Of a DNA stretch of 64,000 nt, positions 10,136 through 20,400 are shown one piece after another. The notes beneath the pieces were generated by a model. That model had not been told where the DNA came from. It saw only the letters and a program-made list of their open reading frames with translations, and searched no databases. How positions within the stretch are numbered: the first letter of the stretch is position 1; every line of letters begins with the position of its first letter. Source of the DNA: Gemmatimonadaceae bacterium (GTDB lineage: Bacteria; Gemmatimonadota; Gemmatimonadetes; Gemmatimonadales; Gemmatimonadaceae); contig JBHYGA010000001.1 in NCBI GenBank assembly GCA_051859245.1, positions 256,001 to 320,000 of the forward strand, read 5' to 3'. A program made the position numbers and the translations under genes.

Positions 10136-11329
10136 TTAATCGTCCAGCTCAAGCACCGCGTCTCCATTTCGTACACGGTGGATCGCGGCGATGAGCCGAT
10201 CGCTTTGAACGCCCTTGGCGACAAAGCCTTGCGCGCCCAACGCCATGGCGTCTCTGACCAGCTGGTGGTTCGGGAATCCGGTAAAGACAATCACCGGACT
10301 GGCCGGGCTTTCCTTGACGAGACGCTCAAGAACACGAAGCGCGTCGATGCCGTCGGGCAAATCGTAGTCCAGCAACACCACTGTTGGTTTCAGGCGCGCG
10401 ACAATCGCCACACAATCCGTGAGGGGCTCGGCCCGGTGCAGCTGGGTGAAGCCGGCTTCGAGGGTCAACCGACTCTCGAGGGCATCGATGAGGAGCGCGT
10501 TGTCGTCGATGCACATCACGGAGAACGGACCGGTCACTGTGATGTCAACCGTCGGCTGCGCTGCCGTACCGTCTTCTGTACACACGGTGAGGCTGATATC
10601 GAAGCGGACGCCGTGGCTGGAATCTTCCGCACGCGTGAGCTCTGCATTATGTGCGCGCAGGAGCGTCTGCATTTGCTCAGCGCTCAGTCCGGAGATCGAT
10701 GCAACCGCAGACTCCATGAGGCGATCGTCGGCGGTGTGGACCATCGCGGTATGTGTGCTCTGGCCGGCGTGTTCAAGCGTCAGCACGACGCGGTTCGATG
10801 TCGTCCGCGCGGTAATCTGCAGGTGTGGAGAGGGATCGCCCTGCATGAGCGCACGTGCATTCATGGCCAGCGCCATTACGACCTGGGCCAATACGTGCGG
10901 TGGCATCTCGACGGTCGGGGTGCGCTCCGGAATATCAGCGCGCACGAGTGTTCCGGGTGACGTTGCCGAGTGCACCAGCGGCGCCAGGTCGCGCCACCAG
11001 TTGGCGAGGTGTGTGGTGCACGGGACTGCCGCGACCTCTTCTGGATCTGCAACGAGGAGATGTAATCCCGCCGCAATATGTTGCATTTCGCCAATGCTGC
11101 TGCGAATCGCTCGAAGTTCGCGGTGCGTGCCTTCTCCCAGATTCGAGGCACGGGCAAGCGCATCGAGTCTGAGCATCGCAGGCGCGATCGCATTGCGCAG
11201 GTCATGTCCAAGCCCCACCGTAATTGCACCGATCGTTGCCAGCCGACCGTGTTCAAGCGCCACATGGTCCGCAGTGTTCGGCGCAGTGTGCTGCGCTGCC
11301 GGACCACGAGGTGTTTTCGGCATGATCAT
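10136..11329 (-). CDS. Hybrid degenerate histidine kinase with C-terminal receiver domain
   Basis: GHDLRNA H-box, AMNA N-box, eroded G1 (LEHAGQ) and G2 (ISGLS); intact receiver IDDN/LLDYDLP/FTG/VAKG. Confidence 0.75.
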   Translation of the reverse strand: MIMPKTPRGPAAQHTAPNTADHVALEHGRLATIGAITVGLGHDLRNAIAPAMLRLDALARASNLGEGTHRELRAIRSSIGEMQHIAAGLHLLVADPEEVAAVPCTTHLANWWRDLAPLVHSATSPGTLVRADIPERTPTVEMPPHVLAQVVMALAMNARALMQGDPSPHLQITARTTSNRVVLTLEHAGQSTHTAMVHTADDRLMESAVASISGLSAEQMQTLLRAHNAELTRAEDSSHGVRFDISLTVCTEDGTAAQPTVDITVTGPFSVMCIDDNALLIDALESRLTLEAGFTQLHRAEPLTDCVAIVARLKPTVVLLDYDLPDGIDALRVLERLVKESPASPVIVFTGFPNHQLVRDAMALGAQGFVAKGVQSDRLIAAIHRVRNGDAVLELDD

Positions 11330-11442
11330 GGGATCACCGTCTGAAGGTCTGCGGCTCGAAGTTGCATGAAGCGGTTCCTCGCAGCATACTCAGGAATCAG
11401 TGCAAGCAACATGCGCCCCAGGGGGCAGATTCACATGCTATC

Positions 11443-11829
11443 ATGACCGAGACAGGATCCAGTGCAGTACGACGAGTGCTTGTCGTGGACGACAGTGCAG
11501 ATCTGGCAGACAGCCTTGCGGCCAGTCTGGAAATATTGGGCTGCGAAGTGCGAGCGGTGAATGACGGCTCGCAGGCGCTCGCGTTGTTTCATGAATGGCA
11601 GCCACGCATCGCGTTCATCGATCTGACCATGCCGAGCATGAGTGGTTCGCAACTGCTTGACCGCATGCGCAACCAGACGGCCGGCCAATCGCTCACCGCG
11701 ATCGCGATGACGGGGCTGAGTTCAACGCGCGAACGCGAGCGGGCACTTCAGGAAGGCTTCGACGTGTTCGTGCAGAAGCCATTTGACATGAACGATCTGC
11801 GAGCCGTGCTCAGTCTGCTTCCCGACTGA
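11443..11829 (+). CDS. Single-domain response regulator
   Basis: VLVVDDS, FIDLTMPSMSG, MTG, QKPFD. Confidence 0.9.
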   Translation: MTETGSSAVRRVLVVDDSADLADSLAASLEILGCEVRAVNDGSQALALFHEWQPRIAFIDLTMPSMSGSQLLDRMRNQTAGQSLTAIAMTGLSSTRERERALQEGFDVFVQKPFDMNDLRAVLSLLPD

Positions 11830-11971
11830 GCAGGCGTCGCCGTGCGCTAGCGCATCATGTCGCAGTTGCCAAGCACGTACCACAACACGATAAAGACCAG
11901 CACGGTGCTGAAGCACCCGCCGCCCAGCTTTTTGGCGCCATAACCAGCGGCGAGTCCTCGCAGAATTTTGC

Positions 11972-12622
11972 TCATGGTGTTTCTCTGTTCGAAAGGTGAT
12001 CAAATACCATCTGTTTCATATTGTGCAATGACTCGACCGCAAACTTTCGTTGCAGGCGACGCCCCACGAGTCGAAAACCATACCGATAGAACCAGTTGGC
12101 AATGTGTCCGGTTTGCGACAGTGAATGAATTCGAAAGTCCACCTTGCCGGTTGCCAGGTGTTTCACCACCTCAAAGGTGATTTCGCCCCGCTCCAAATGC
12201 CCAGCGAGCGTGTGGTAGCTGTAGCCCCACACAGTTTCATCACCCATTGCACCACGACGCGTTTCGTCAATCACGCGATGTACCCGCACGCCGAGTTCAA
12301 ACCGCATCCACAGAAATCGCGCAGAGAGCAGCATCGGCCGCGTTTCCAGTGGTACATCAGGATCGAAACGTCCGGTGATGAGTCGCTGCGGGGTAAAGCG
12401 ATAGTCTCTGAGGATTGAGACGGCTGTGGCAAAGCTGCCGTTTGTCTCTGGCGGCCCCGCCTGCTCAGGAACCAGCGCGATTTCCCGTGCATCAATGTTC
12501 CATCCGGCCTCCGTGAGATACTGGTCGCGTTGCGTCAGATCAATCGTTGCTTCCAGCTGACTGATCGCCGCGAGGCGCGCGCGAAGCGCATCGTCAATCG
12601 CGGTCGGCCGTTCCTGTAGCAT
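11972..12622 (-). CDS. DUF1990 family protein
   Basis: WGYSYHTLAGHLERGEITFEV signature. Confidence 0.7.
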   Translation of the reverse strand: MLQERPTAIDDALRARLAAISQLEATIDLTQRDQYLTEAGWNIDAREIALVPEQAGPPETNGSFATAVSILRDYRFTPQRLITGRFDPDVPLETRPMLLSARFLWMRFELGVRVHRVIDETRRGAMGDETVWGYSYHTLAGHLERGEITFEVVKHLATGKVDFRIHSLSQTGHIANWFYRYGFRLVGRRLQRKFAVESLHNMKQMVFDHLSNRETP

Positions 12623-12627
12623 TTGAT

Positions 12628-13341
12628 TCAATCGACGAGCTCCTCCGTGGTCACCTGAACTTCGGGCACGGTTGTCATTCCCGCCAGTTCGGCGACACGC
12701 TGAAGAAAGGTCACCCAAACTTCGGTCTGCACCTGCTGACCAACCTTGAGGGTGCCGTAGGCGAGCTCCACCGTCGCATCACGCGATCGTGCGTACGAAT
12801 CGATTTCAATCTGCAGCGCGTGCGCGTCACGCACATCTTCTGTCACCCGAAATACGATGTGACCGGCCTCCGGGTGACCTTCACAGGTGACCAGCGTAAA
12901 CGTATTCGACGTGACCTCGGAGACGCGGACACGACCGTTCCATGGACCCAGCATGGTAATCGTGTATTCGTCGTCCACCTGCATCCGATTGTTGTCTCCG
13001 ACGCTCTTCGCGAACTCGGCGAGTGAGGAGGGTGACAGTTCCGACAGATGTCGCTCGATCGCGTGCAGCAAGGACGTCGCCGAGTACGTACTGCCAACGA
13101 CCCGTACCTCGTAGTGTCGATGACGCAGCGGGCCCACACCGTCTGCCGCCTCCTGCACGTCGGACGCGCTGTTCTCTGGAGGGGGTGCTGTTGCGTTGCC
13201 TTGTGCGGTGGTTGCCTGCTCATCGCGTGGTGCCGTTCGCATGCGAATCAGCCGCAACACCAGAGCCGCGGCTGCTGCCGCGGCGCCGACAACGATCGCG
13301 GTGGCGGCCACCGTCCCGCGTGACCTCGATCGACGGCGCAT
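12628..13341 (-). CDS. DUF1990-like protein with N-terminal membrane anchor
   Basis: TM segment; GVGPLRHRHY, GPWNGRVRV, TLVTCEGHPEAGHIVF. Confidence 0.65.
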   Translation of the reverse strand: MRRRSRSRGTVAATAIVVGAAAAAAALVLRLIRMRTAPRDEQATTAQGNATAPPPENSASDVQEAADGVGPLRHRHYEVRVVGSTYSATSLLHAIERHLSELSPSSLAEFAKSVGDNNRMQVDDEYTITMLGPWNGRVRVSEVTSNTFTLVTCEGHPEAGHIVFRVTEDVRDAHALQIEIDSYARSRDATVELAYGTLKVGQQVQTEVWVTFLQRVAELAGMTTVPEVQVTTEELVD

Positions 13342-13348
13342 GGGGACG

Positions 13349-13792
13349 CTAGCGTTCCATCAGCGATTTAAAACCACGCAGGTCCTGATCGAGCTGGTCG
13401 ATGTCGGTGGGCGCAGTCTGCGGTGGCGCGCCTGTTACATCGCCGTCCCAACTCAGCAGAATACTGACCGTGGTGTCTAGGCCGCTGCCGGCCGTGTGAA
13501 ACCAGACTTCTCCGGAGTGTGCGATGCCGGTCGCGGGCTCAGACTTCCACGAGATAAACAATCCGTGGATGAAGTCGGCGATGACCGTCGATCCCACGGT
13601 GTGCGCACACGGTGCTTTGATCCGTGGTTTCGCGGTGGCTGACACCAGCGGCCCATCAGCTGCGATCGACACCGTTGGCCGATGCGACAGGTGATACCAG
13701 GCCGTATACAGATCAATGGCCGGTCGGCGAATCTGAATCGAGCGCGTGATGCGCCGCGAGTCCACCGAGGGCATGGAAGAGATGTCAATCAT
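13349..13792 (-). CDS. Divergent SRPBCC (START/polyketide cyclase-like) protein
   Basis: RSIQIRRP..LYTAW, ISWKS..HSGEVWF, QDLRGFKSLME. Confidence 0.6.
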   Translation of the reverse strand: MIDISSMPSVDSRRITRSIQIRRPAIDLYTAWYHLSHRPTVSIAADGPLVSATAKPRIKAPCAHTVGSTVIADFIHGLFISWKSEPATGIAHSGEVWFHTAGSGLDTTVSILLSWDGDVTGAPPQTAPTDIDQLDQDLRGFKSLMER

Positions 13793-13892
13793 ATCTGAAC
13801 TATCGCTGCCGCAATCGGCGCTAGCGATTGCCCGCGTGACTGAAATCGCCCTATCTCTCAAGAGCAGGACGCGAGACGTCCTGCCGTCGGTG

Positions 13893-14069
13893 TCACCAGG
13901 TACGAACAAGCCGTTCGATGAGCGTGCGCTTGTCCGCCGTAAGACGAGCCACCTGGCGCTTGAGTCGCAGCAACTCACTCTGCGTATCTTCGCTCGAATC
14001 ACTGCCCGCGCTGGAGTTTGCGTTGAACTGTTCCTGCCACTCGCTCGACGTTGGTTCGCTGGAGTACAT
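13893..14069 (-). CDS. Small coiled-coil protein resembling the IS3-family OrfA C-terminus
   Basis: 58 aa; SELLRLKRQVARLTADKRTL heptad pattern. Confidence 0.35.
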   Translation of the reverse strand: MYSSEPTSSEWQEQFNANSSAGSDSSEDTQSELLRLKRQVARLTADKRTLIERLVRTW

Positions 14070-14286
14070 GTGGACGCTCGCTGGTGAGAATTGACGCGTG
14101 ACTTTGGACAAGGGCTGGTGTAACACGTGAGGTGTGCGACGCGATTTGTTGCGGCTATTCCTCACACTGTGATGCTAGACACGGCGCGCCCGCCGCACCA
14201 TCGCTCGCAAGTAGCATCTTTACGCAACTCTTCCGAATTACTGGATCGTTCTTTGGGTTGAGATCGAAAGCTGGCTACGCCGATGC

Positions 14287-14301
14287 TGGCACACGTGGTG
14301 C
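14287..14301 (+). promoter_or_regulatory. Putative sigma54 (-24/-12) promoter of the glucan synthase
   Basis: TGGCACACGTGGTGC: GG-N10-GC with a perfect TGGCAC. Confidence 0.5.
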
Positions 14302-14414
14302 GTTGCTGACGACGCGTTCTTCCTCTTTGCCAGGACATCGTTATTCCGCTCGAACGACTTCTTCGCCGGTGGCGACGCGCCACGCGTGACACCACCACCG
14401 TTGACCGAGATGAT

Positions 14415-17400
14415 GTGCTCACCGGGCCGATCCGGGGAGAACTCTTCGGCGCGGAGCATTTGAGTGAGCGTGCGCGCGAGCTCGCGCACGCGCAGGTACT
14501 CTCGCTCGCACCAGCACGTCAGCGCACTCCACTGCTGGCGCGACTTGCGGATACCTCGCGCATTCTGCAGCGCGCGCATGCGCAACTCACGGCGCACAGT
14601 GAGTCGCTGAAAGATGTCGGGCCAGCTGGCGAGTGGTTTCTCGACAACTATTATGTGCTGCTCGAGCACATCGACGATGTCGTCGAGAGTCTGCCGCGTG
14701 GCTACTACCGTGAGCTGCCCACGTTGTCGAGCGGACCGCTGGCTGGTTATCCGCGCGTGTACGAAATTGCGATCACGCTGATCTCGCACAGCGAAGGCCG
14801 GATCGATTTTGATAACGTGTCCAACTTCGTTGGCGCGTTCCAGGACGTGCAGGTGCTGACGCTCGGCGAGCTGTGGGCTATTCCGGCCATGCTCCGACTT
14901 GGCCTGATTGAAAACGTGCGTCGCATGGCGCTGCGTACGACGCAGCGACTGGAGCAGGTGCAGCGTGCCGACGAGGCAGCCGCTCGCATCACGAACGCGG
15001 CCGTGGCGGGCGGTCTGTCGCTGGAAGCGGCACTGGCAAGCTTCGGAGCTGACGCCAGATCACTCAGTGACACGTTTGTAGCGCGCTTTCTGCACCAGCT
15101 TCGCGTGGAAGGTGGTGCGCTGCCGGCGGTTGTGCGCCTGCAGCACTGGATCGCCGAAGAGGCGCTGAGCGCCGAAGAGGCGACTGCGCGCGCGACACAG
15201 CGGCTGGCGCTCACGCAAGTAGTCATGGCAAACAGCATTACCAGTCTGCGCGCTATTGCGCGGGTCAACTGGCGCAACTTTGTTGAAGCGCAGAGTCACG
15301 CGGAGCACGTACTGCGCGAAGACCCCGTGGGCGAGTACGCGCGCATGACCTTCCAGACGCGTGATCGGTATCGTCATGTCGTAGAGCGCGTGGCACGGCG
15401 CACGAAGCACACCGAATCAGATGTCGCACGCATGGCCATTGCGTTGGCACGCGAGACATTGGATGAGAGCGCGTCGGGGAGCGCGAGAAGCGATGCACGG
15501 CGGTGCCATGTTGGGTACTACCTCGTAGACGAAGGATTGGCCGGGCTTGAACTCGCCGCGGGATACTCACCAACAATCGGTGAATCCATTGCGCGTGCTG
15601 TACGACAACATCCCACGATTGTGTACCTCGTGTCGGGATGTTCGGTGTTGTTCGCCGCGCTCGGCGCGTTGTTGTGGCTTGGCGGTCCTATGGTGCAGGA
15701 GTATTGGATGGTGGCGCTGTTGCTCGGCGCGCTGCCCGCCAGCGAACTGGCGGTGTCCCTCGTGAACAGGGCCGTAACGGCGGTGATGCCGCCGCAACCG
15801 TTGCCGAGGCTTGATCTTCGTGATCACGGTGTGCCTCCTGAGTTCCGCACGGCGGTTGTGATTCCCACGCTGTTTCCCAACGTGCAGGCGGTTGTTGAAG
15901 CGCTGGAGAATCTCGAGGTGCAGTATCTGGCCAATCGCGAACCGAATCTGCACTTCGCGGTGCTGAGCGACTTCACGGATGCGCCAACAGAAACCATGCC
16001 AGAGGATACGGCCATTGTTGCCGCGGCCGCTGACGGCGTGCGCGCGCTGAACGAACGCTATTCCGCCGATCGCGACGATGCCTTCTTTCTGTTCCATCGC
16101 CCGCGCCAATGGAATCCGGCCGAAGGGGTATGGATGGGCTGGGAGCGCAAGCGCGGCAAGCTCGGCGAGTTCAATCGCTACGTGTTGACTGGAGCGCGCG
16201 AGGGGTTCAGTACCACCGTTGGTGCGCTCGGTGTCCTGCGCGGCGTGCGGTATGTCATCACGCTCGACGCTGATACGGTCCTGCCGCCTGATGCGGCGCC
16301 TGATCTGATTGGATCCATCGCTCACCCACTTAATCGCGCGGAGTATGAAAACGAGCGCGGCCGTGTTGTGCGTGGTCACAGCATTCTGCAACCACGCGTG
16401 GGCGTGTCGCTCGCCAGCGCGCATCGTTCATCGTTTGCCGCGATTTACTCGGGGCATCCGGGCGTTGATCCGTATACCGTTGCAGTCTCTGACGTGTACC
16501 AGGATCTCTTTAGCGAAGGCAGCTTCACGGGAAAGGGCATCTACGATGTTGAGATGTTCGAACAGGCCACTCACGGTCGATTTCCCGAGAACACCCTGCT
16601 ATCGCACGACCTGATCGAGGGCAACTACGCGCGAGCCGGTCTTGTCACCGATGTCATCGTGTACGATGACTATCCCACGCGTTATCTCACCTTCTCGCGA
16701 CGCAAGCATCGATGGATTCGGGGTGATTGGCAGTTGCTTCCGTGGGTGTCGGGCACCGTGCCCGGACCACGCGGGCCGGAGCGCAATCGGCTGTCACTGC
16801 TCTCGCGCTGGAAGATTCTCGACAACTTGCGCAGAAGTCTGGTAGAGCTGTCGCAGTTCATGTTTCTTATCGTTGGCTGGCTCGTGCTGCCGGTATCGAC
16901 GTTACGCTGGACGCTCCTTGGCCTTGGCGCCATCGCGGCGCCGTGGATTGTGTCGCTGCTGATTTCAGCGGCGCGCCCGCCGCGCGATAAATCCTGGCGC
17001 ACGTACTATCGTGCCATCGGACAAGACGCACTGAACAGCCTCCGTCAGATTGGTCTGGCGATTTGTTTCCTGCCGCATCAGGCCTGGCTGTCCGTGGACG
17101 CCATCATGCGCGCGCTGTGGCGGGTGTATGTCTCGCGCCGGATGTTGCTCGAATGGCAGACCGCACAGCAGGCTGAACACGCGGCCCCCAATGATGCGTC
17201 GGCCACGTGGCGATTGATGTGGCCGGCGAGCGTTGCTGTCGCGCTGCTCACGATGTGGATGTTGTGGGGTGCCTCAAGCATGATTGAGCGTCCCGTGTGG
17301 CCGCTGGTCATTGGAGTGCTGCCACTCCTGCTGGTCTGGCTCATCGCACCAACGGTTGCGCACAGCCTCAGCACCACCAAGGCGCCGCGGCGACATGTGC

Positions 17401-20400
17401 TCACCGCCGATGCGCGTGCACAGGCCGTTCGTTATGCGCAGCTGCACTGGGCGTACTTTGCCACGTTTGTCACGGCCGAAACCTCCTGGCTCGCGCCGGA
17501 CAACTTTCAGAGTACTCCAGACGACGTGGTTGCCATGCGCACGTCGCCAACGAATATCGGATTACAGCTGTTGGCCACGGTGAGCGCGCAGGACCTGGGT
17601 TACATCACGCTTGAGGATATGGCCGATCGCCTCGAGCGCACGGTCAGTACACTCAAAGTGCTGCCCAAGCTGCACGGCCACTATTTCAACTGGTACGATC
17701 TGCAGAATCTGCAGGTCCTGGAGCCTGCTTATGTCTCCACGGTAGACAGCGGAAATCTGGCGGGTCACCTGATTGCCTTGCGACAGGCGTGCCTGCAACT
17801 GATGGATTCGCCCGCGATTCCGGAGAGTCTGCGCGGACGCCTCGGTGCGCTCGCGGAATGGGCGCACAACGATGTGATGCAGATGGACTTCGGTGTGCTG
17901 TTCGATCGGGAACGTGAGCTCTTCGCCATTGGGCTGCAGCAGCACACCTTGACACTGGATTCTTCGTACTACGATCTGCTCGCGTCGGAAGCTCGCCTCG
18001 CAAGTTTTCTGGCGATCGCCAAGGACGATGTGCCCGCGCAGCACTGGTTCCGCCTCGGACGCAGCCTTTCGTATGCGGCGGGTGCACCGGCGCTGGTGTC
18101 GTGGAGTGGCAGCATGTTCGAGTATCTGATGCCTTTGCTCGTCATGCACGCTATGCCAGGTACGCTGTTGGCGCAAACGTACGAAGGCGTGATTGCACGT
18201 CACATCGCCGACGGATCGCTCCGCGACGTACCGTGGGGCATCAGCGAAAGTGCCTACAATGTGCGTGATCGACATGCCACCTATCAGTACCGCCCCTTTG
18301 GCGTTCCCGATCTGGCGCTCAAGCGCGGGCTCGGTCGCGAACTGGTGGTTGCGCCGTACGCGTCCGCGCTTGCGACCATGGTCGATCCGGAACGCGCGTT
18401 CGTGAACCTCGCGCGGCTCGAGTCACTTGGCATGCTTGGACCATATGGGTTTCGCGATGCGATCGACTTTACCAGACCCGACGTTGGCAAGCGCTTCTCG
18501 GTGGTCGATGCGTTCATGGCGCATCACATTGGTATGAGTCTTGTTGCGCTGACGAACGTGCTCACCGACAACATCTGGCAGCAGCGCTTCCATCGCGATC
18601 CGCTGGTCATTGCCGCTGAGCTGTTGTTGCATGAGCGCGTTCCTCGCGAGGTGGTGGTGCAGGAGCCGAGTGGCGCGCGACCCGATGACGGCCTGCCAGC
18701 CGACGATCTCGAACGTCCTGTGGTGCGCGAGTTTACCACAGCCGATACCGATACGCCGCACGTGGCATTTCTCGGGCACCAGCCGTATACAGTGATGCTC
18801 ACGAACGCAGGCTCAGGCTACAGTCGATACGATGCGCTGGCGGTGAGTCGATGGAAAGCCGATGGCACGCGCGATGCAACAGGACAGTTTTGCTACATCA
18901 AGGACATCACGTCTGGTAAAGCATGGTCAGCGGCGCATCAACCGTTGTGCGTGCCGGCCGACGCATACCGGGCGGCGCTTGGCACGGAGCAGGTCACGTT
19001 CGAGCGCACGGATGGCGAGGTGATCACACGCACGGAGATCGCCGTGGTGCCGGAAGATTCGGCCGAAGTACGACGCGTGACGTTGACCAATACCGGGCGG
19101 GAACCGAGAGAGCTCGAGCTGACCAGCTACGGCGAAATTGTGCTCTCACCCGCCGACGCTGATCGAGCGCATCCCGCGTTTGGCAATCTCTTTGTGGAAA
19201 CGGCGTGGCATTCCTGGTGCAACGCAATCACGGCAACGCGCCGTCCGCGATCGGCGACTGAAGAATCGCAGTGGTTGGTTCATCTGGTCGATTGGGGCAA
19301 GGAGCGCATTGGTGATGTCACGTGCGAGACAGATCGCGCCCGTTTTCTCGGTCGCGGCCGAAGCACGCGTGATCCCGTGGCCATTGAACACGATGGGGCG
19401 TTGTCCGGAACTACCGGTGCCGTACTTGATCCGGTCTTCGCGCTTCGCACTCGCGTGCGCGTGATGCCGGGCCAGAGCGCAACGGTGGCATTTACCACGC
19501 TGGTGGCAAGCACTCGCGAGCGCGCCTTTGCGCTGGCCGATCGTTATCGCGATCCGCACGCGGCGCAACGTGCGCTTGATCTGGCGTGGACATCCAGTCA
19601 GGTCGAACTGCGTGAGTTGGATCTTACACCAGCTGATGCGGCCGTCTTTCAGGAACTCGCCGGACATCTGTTATACGGACATCCGGCCCTGCGAGCGTCG
19701 CAAAACGAAATGCGTCGCAATCGTGGTTCGCAGCCGCTGCTGTGGGGCTTTGGCGTGTCTGGTGATGTGCCAATTCTGCTCGCCACGATCAACTCGGCGG
19801 ATGGTTTGCCAACGCTGCGGTCACTGCTGGCGGCGCATCGCTTCTGGCGGCGCCGCGGCCTGTCTGTTGATCTGCTTATTCTCGATGAGCATCCCCCCTC
19901 GTACCTGCAGAATCTCGGGGATCGCATTGCGGCCGCTGTGCACGCCGTGAACGACGCGGCCTCGCTGGATCGACCCGGTGGAGTGTTTGTACGCCGTCGT
20001 GATCTGCTCATCCACGATGCGGAGCTCATGCTGCGAGCCACGGCGCGACTGCATGTACACTGCGATGGTCGACCGCTTGGCCGCATTCTGAACACCACGA
20101 TTGCCACGACGACCCCAACCGTGGAAGAGTTGCGCAAGAGTCGTCAGCGTACTCGTCCGGCGCCTGTTGAACGCAGGCGCACGCCTCGTGGGCAGGCGGC
20201 GTTCACGCACGCGGCGCGTGCCTATGCGAACGGGTACGGTGAACTGCTCGATAACAGTGACTATGAGCTGCGCGTGCAGGGCGATGTTATGCCACCGGCG
20301 CCGTGGTCAAATGTGATTGCGAATCAACACGGTGGGTTCGTCATCAGCGAGCGTGGCGGCGGCTTTGTGTGGGCCGAAAACAGCTACTTCATGCGCCTTA

